From a virus (Duplodnaviria; Caudoviricetes): a stretch of DNA of 64,000 bases. The translations under genes and the position numbers were made by a program. Within the stretch, counting starts at the first letter, position 1, and each line of letters begins with the position of its first letter. The stretch lies in IMG/VR virus record IMGVR_UViG_3300033463_000115, positions 91 through 64,090 of that record; one strand, written 5' to 3'. The notes under the pieces were generated by a model. It was not told the origin of the DNA. It saw only the letters and a list, made by a program, of their open reading frames with translations, and searched no databases. Positions 62,130 to 64,000 of the stretch are shown piece after piece.

Positions 62130-62414
62130 ATGATTAAAAAGCTTCATGGTAAATATTATTATATAGAAGTACCTAACACTAAAATAGGTAATAAGATTTT
62201 AGATCTTGCATATAGTGATATGATATTTATTGCTAGAGGTATAACTTTTAGAATGAAGCATACTGAAGGTAAATTTTATATTATACCAGTAAAAGATTTA
62301 AAAGAAGAAGTGCCCGTTGGTGCTTTTAGAGGTGTTCTATATTCTAGCTATGAAAAATTTAAAGCACACGCATATAAAATAATAAAGGAGGAGAGTAAGA
62401 ATGAAAGGAATTAA
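62130..62414 (+). CDS. Hypothetical protein
   Basis: ATG 62130 after AAGGAGGT. Confidence 0.7.
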   Translation: MIKKLHGKYYYIEVPNTKIGNKILDLAYSDMIFIARGITFRMKHTEGKFYIIPVKDLKEEVPVGAFRGVLYSSYEKFKAHAYKIIKEESKNERN

Positions 62415-62640
62415 ATCTATAATATTATTAGACAACGATATTTCAAAACCAAACATAAATGCTCTTTGTGTAGTAACAACTGAAGATGGTTTATACACAG
62501 CCAGAATAGCGCATATTAGAAATGGTGAACTAATAGACTATTTATGGTTATATTATATGGAACCATTACAGAACTATTTATTACACATACAAGAGTATAA
62601 GAAACATGGTTTTAAAATATGGAAATATGAAGAGTTCTAA
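62401..62640 (+). CDS. Hypothetical protein
   Basis: 79 aa; terminator at about 62650-62682. Confidence 0.7.
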   Translation: MKGIKSIILLDNDISKPNINALCVVTTEDGLYTARIAHIRNGELIDYLWLYYMEPLQNYLLHIQEYKKHGFKIWKYEEF

Positions 62641-62681
62641 TTAATACATAGAGAGTTTGATTATTCAGGCTCTCTTCTCTT

Positions 62682-62706
62682 TCGCATAAATTTCATCTTC
62701 TATAAT
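62682..62706 (+). promoter_or_regulatory. Repeated promoter-like motif, copy 21
   Basis: TCGCA-14-TATAAT. Confidence 0.8.
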
Positions 62707-62753
62707 AGGGATAGGTGAATGCTTATCTACTTTAATTTCAAAGGAGAATTATT

Positions 62754-62939
62754 ATGAACAAGATTAAAGAATTTATGGTTAAGCCATACGGTGAATGGAC
62801 AATGGTAGACGGACTCAAAGTCATGGGAGTAACCTATGGACTTTGTGGAATGGTTTACCTTGGCTACATAGGCTACATAAAACTGAAAGATCGTAAGGAA
62901 AGGAAACTTATTGAAGTGGAGGAAAAAGAAAACAACTAA
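62754..62939 (+). CDS. Small TM protein
   Basis: 61 aa, AAAGGAG RBS. Confidence 0.7.
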   Translation: MNKIKEFMVKPYGEWTMVDGLKVMGVTYGLCGMVYLGYIGYIKLKDRKERKLIEVEEKENN

Positions 62940-63075
62940 CCCTAATTAACCCAAGTAAATACTATTCGGTAATAACTGAGTAGAAAAGCTTGGGTTATAT
63001 TTTTTCGCATAAATTAGTTAAAATCAGAAGAGTTGGTGGCTCTCATTAACATATTAGAGATATTATATTTAAAGT

Positions 63076-63534
63076 GTGATGGTGAAGAGATGGAGTGTAT
63101 GTATGATGACATGCAGACACTTAGAAGGCTTAGAGATGAACTTAAGATATTTGATGAGGAGGATGATTAAGTTGAAGAATATCAATGAAGTTGCTAGACT
63201 AATTAAAGAAATGGAACCAGATTTAACTTTAACTCAAGGATTTATTAAAATATATAATACAGCCAAAGCTTATGACAATATGAATAGACAACTATTCGAG
63301 ACATGTAGTAAATACGGAGACTGTCTTAGAGAAAAAGAGGAGCTGGATAAGAAATATTGTAATGCACTTATTTATATAAGACTTTTAGAAGATAAACTTA
63401 AATATATGGAGACAGAAAGAGAGCCATATAAATTTGTTGATTATAAAAACACTATTGATAAATTGATGGATAATAGAGCAAAAGCTCAAAATATCATAAA
63501 CCTAAGAAAAGAATTAAAGGAGGAATTAAAATGA
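63076..63534 (+). CDS. Coiled-coil hypothetical protein (true start probably near 63165)
   Basis: GAGGAGG RBS lies before MIKLKNINEV. Confidence 0.65.
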   Translation: MMVKRWSVCMMTCRHLEGLEMNLRYLMRRMIKLKNINEVARLIKEMEPDLTLTQGFIKIYNTAKAYDNMNRQLFETCSKYGDCLREKEELDKKYCNALIYIRLLEDKLKYMETEREPYKFVDYKNTIDKLMDNRAKAQNIINLRKELKEELK

Positions 63535-64000
63535 AAAAGGAAATTATGGCAATCATTGGTGTAGGCGCAGTAACACTTGGAGGAATTATATTCTCCTGTG
63601 TTCCTAAGAAAGACATCATCACAGTTGAACGTGTCGGTTGGGAATATCGTGTTGTGGTGGAGGAATTCAAGAAAGTAAGGGAGTCAGGATGGGGTGTACC
63701 TAAGGGTGGAACTGTTCTGTCATCCGAAGAGAAACTCTACAAATACAAGACTGTAGAGGGCGGTAAGGATGAGAATGGTAAAACCGTCTCCATTGACGTG
63801 CCTGTATATAAGACATATTACACGTACGAAATAGAGAAGTGGGTTTATAAGGATGAGTTAATCACTACAAATAACGACCGCGAACCAGCATACGATGAGA
63901 AGTACACTCTTGCTGAGAATGAGAGATTCGGTAAGAGAACTCAGCGCTATTATATTCTCTCAGAGAGTAAGGAATGGGATTGTAAGAAAAGTGTCTGGGA
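63531..64000 (+). CDS. Membrane-anchored hypothetical protein, continues across the join to 116 (about 182 aa)
   Basis: AAGGAGG RBS, MKKEIMAIIGVGAVTLGGIIFSC; open to the window end. Confidence 0.75.
   Translation, partial: MKKEIMAIIGVGAVTLGGIIFSCVPKKDIITVERVGWEYRVVVEEFKKVRESGWGVPKGGTVLSSEEKLYKYKTVEGGKDENGKTVSIDVPVYKTYYTYEIEKWVYKDELITTNNDREPAYDEKYTLAENERFGKRTQRYYILSESKEWDCKKSVW

Noticed and set aside
63005-63030. TCGCA after a terminator as a 22nd promoter copy
   Set aside because: No TATA-like box at the 14-nt position (tcagaa); at most a decayed copy.
63964-64000. Terminal repeat as a biological direct terminal repeat
   Set aside because: It falls mid-gene and is cut by the window edge; an assembler circular overlap is the simpler explanation, and a cos-like region exists elsewhere.
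1-64000. Stop-codon reassignment, introns or inteins
   Set aside because: Standard code gives full-length terL, capsid, tape measure, polymerase and RNAP genes, and I saw no intein or intron signatures or splits in conserved genes.

Overview
The window appears to be a complete, circularly permuted genome (about 63,963 bp) of an AT-rich, long-tailed dsDNA phage. Bases 63964-64000 repeat bases 1-37 and one ORF reads through that join. The host is probably a Clostridia-type Bacillota, judging by strong AGGAGG RBSs, a GH25/CW_7 lysin and a toxin-secretion-type holin. Essentially all credible genes lie on the + strand. Gene order: small early/middle genes (1-7.3 kb); resolvase, exonuclease and a 954-aa two-barrel RNA polymerase with an ADFDGD motif (7.5-11.2 kb); probable cos/genome end near 11.5 kb; packaging, head, tail and lysis genes (11.7-43.5 kb); then a long array of promoter-gene-terminator cassettes containing a 1380-aa helicase-primase-exonuclease-PolB fusion, an SSB-like protein, BRO-N and an SF2 helicase (43.5-64 kb). 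I saw no integrase, CRISPR array, reverse transcriptase or tRNA. The most striking signal is an apparently self-contained transcription system with four parts: (i) an RdRP/YonO-like single-chain RNAP with extra HTH domains; (ii) 21 copies of a compact YCGCA-N14-TATAAT motif confined to the non-structural regions, whose geometry suggests transcription starts right after the TATA box; (iii) an LxH(Y/S)G leader shared by the RNAP and several head-region proteins, suggesting virion packaging and maturation cleavage; (iv) two tandem, end-paired, ORF-less RNAs of about 170 and 200 nt, each behind its own copy of the motif. All functional calls come from motif recognition by eye; no database searches or folding programs were run.
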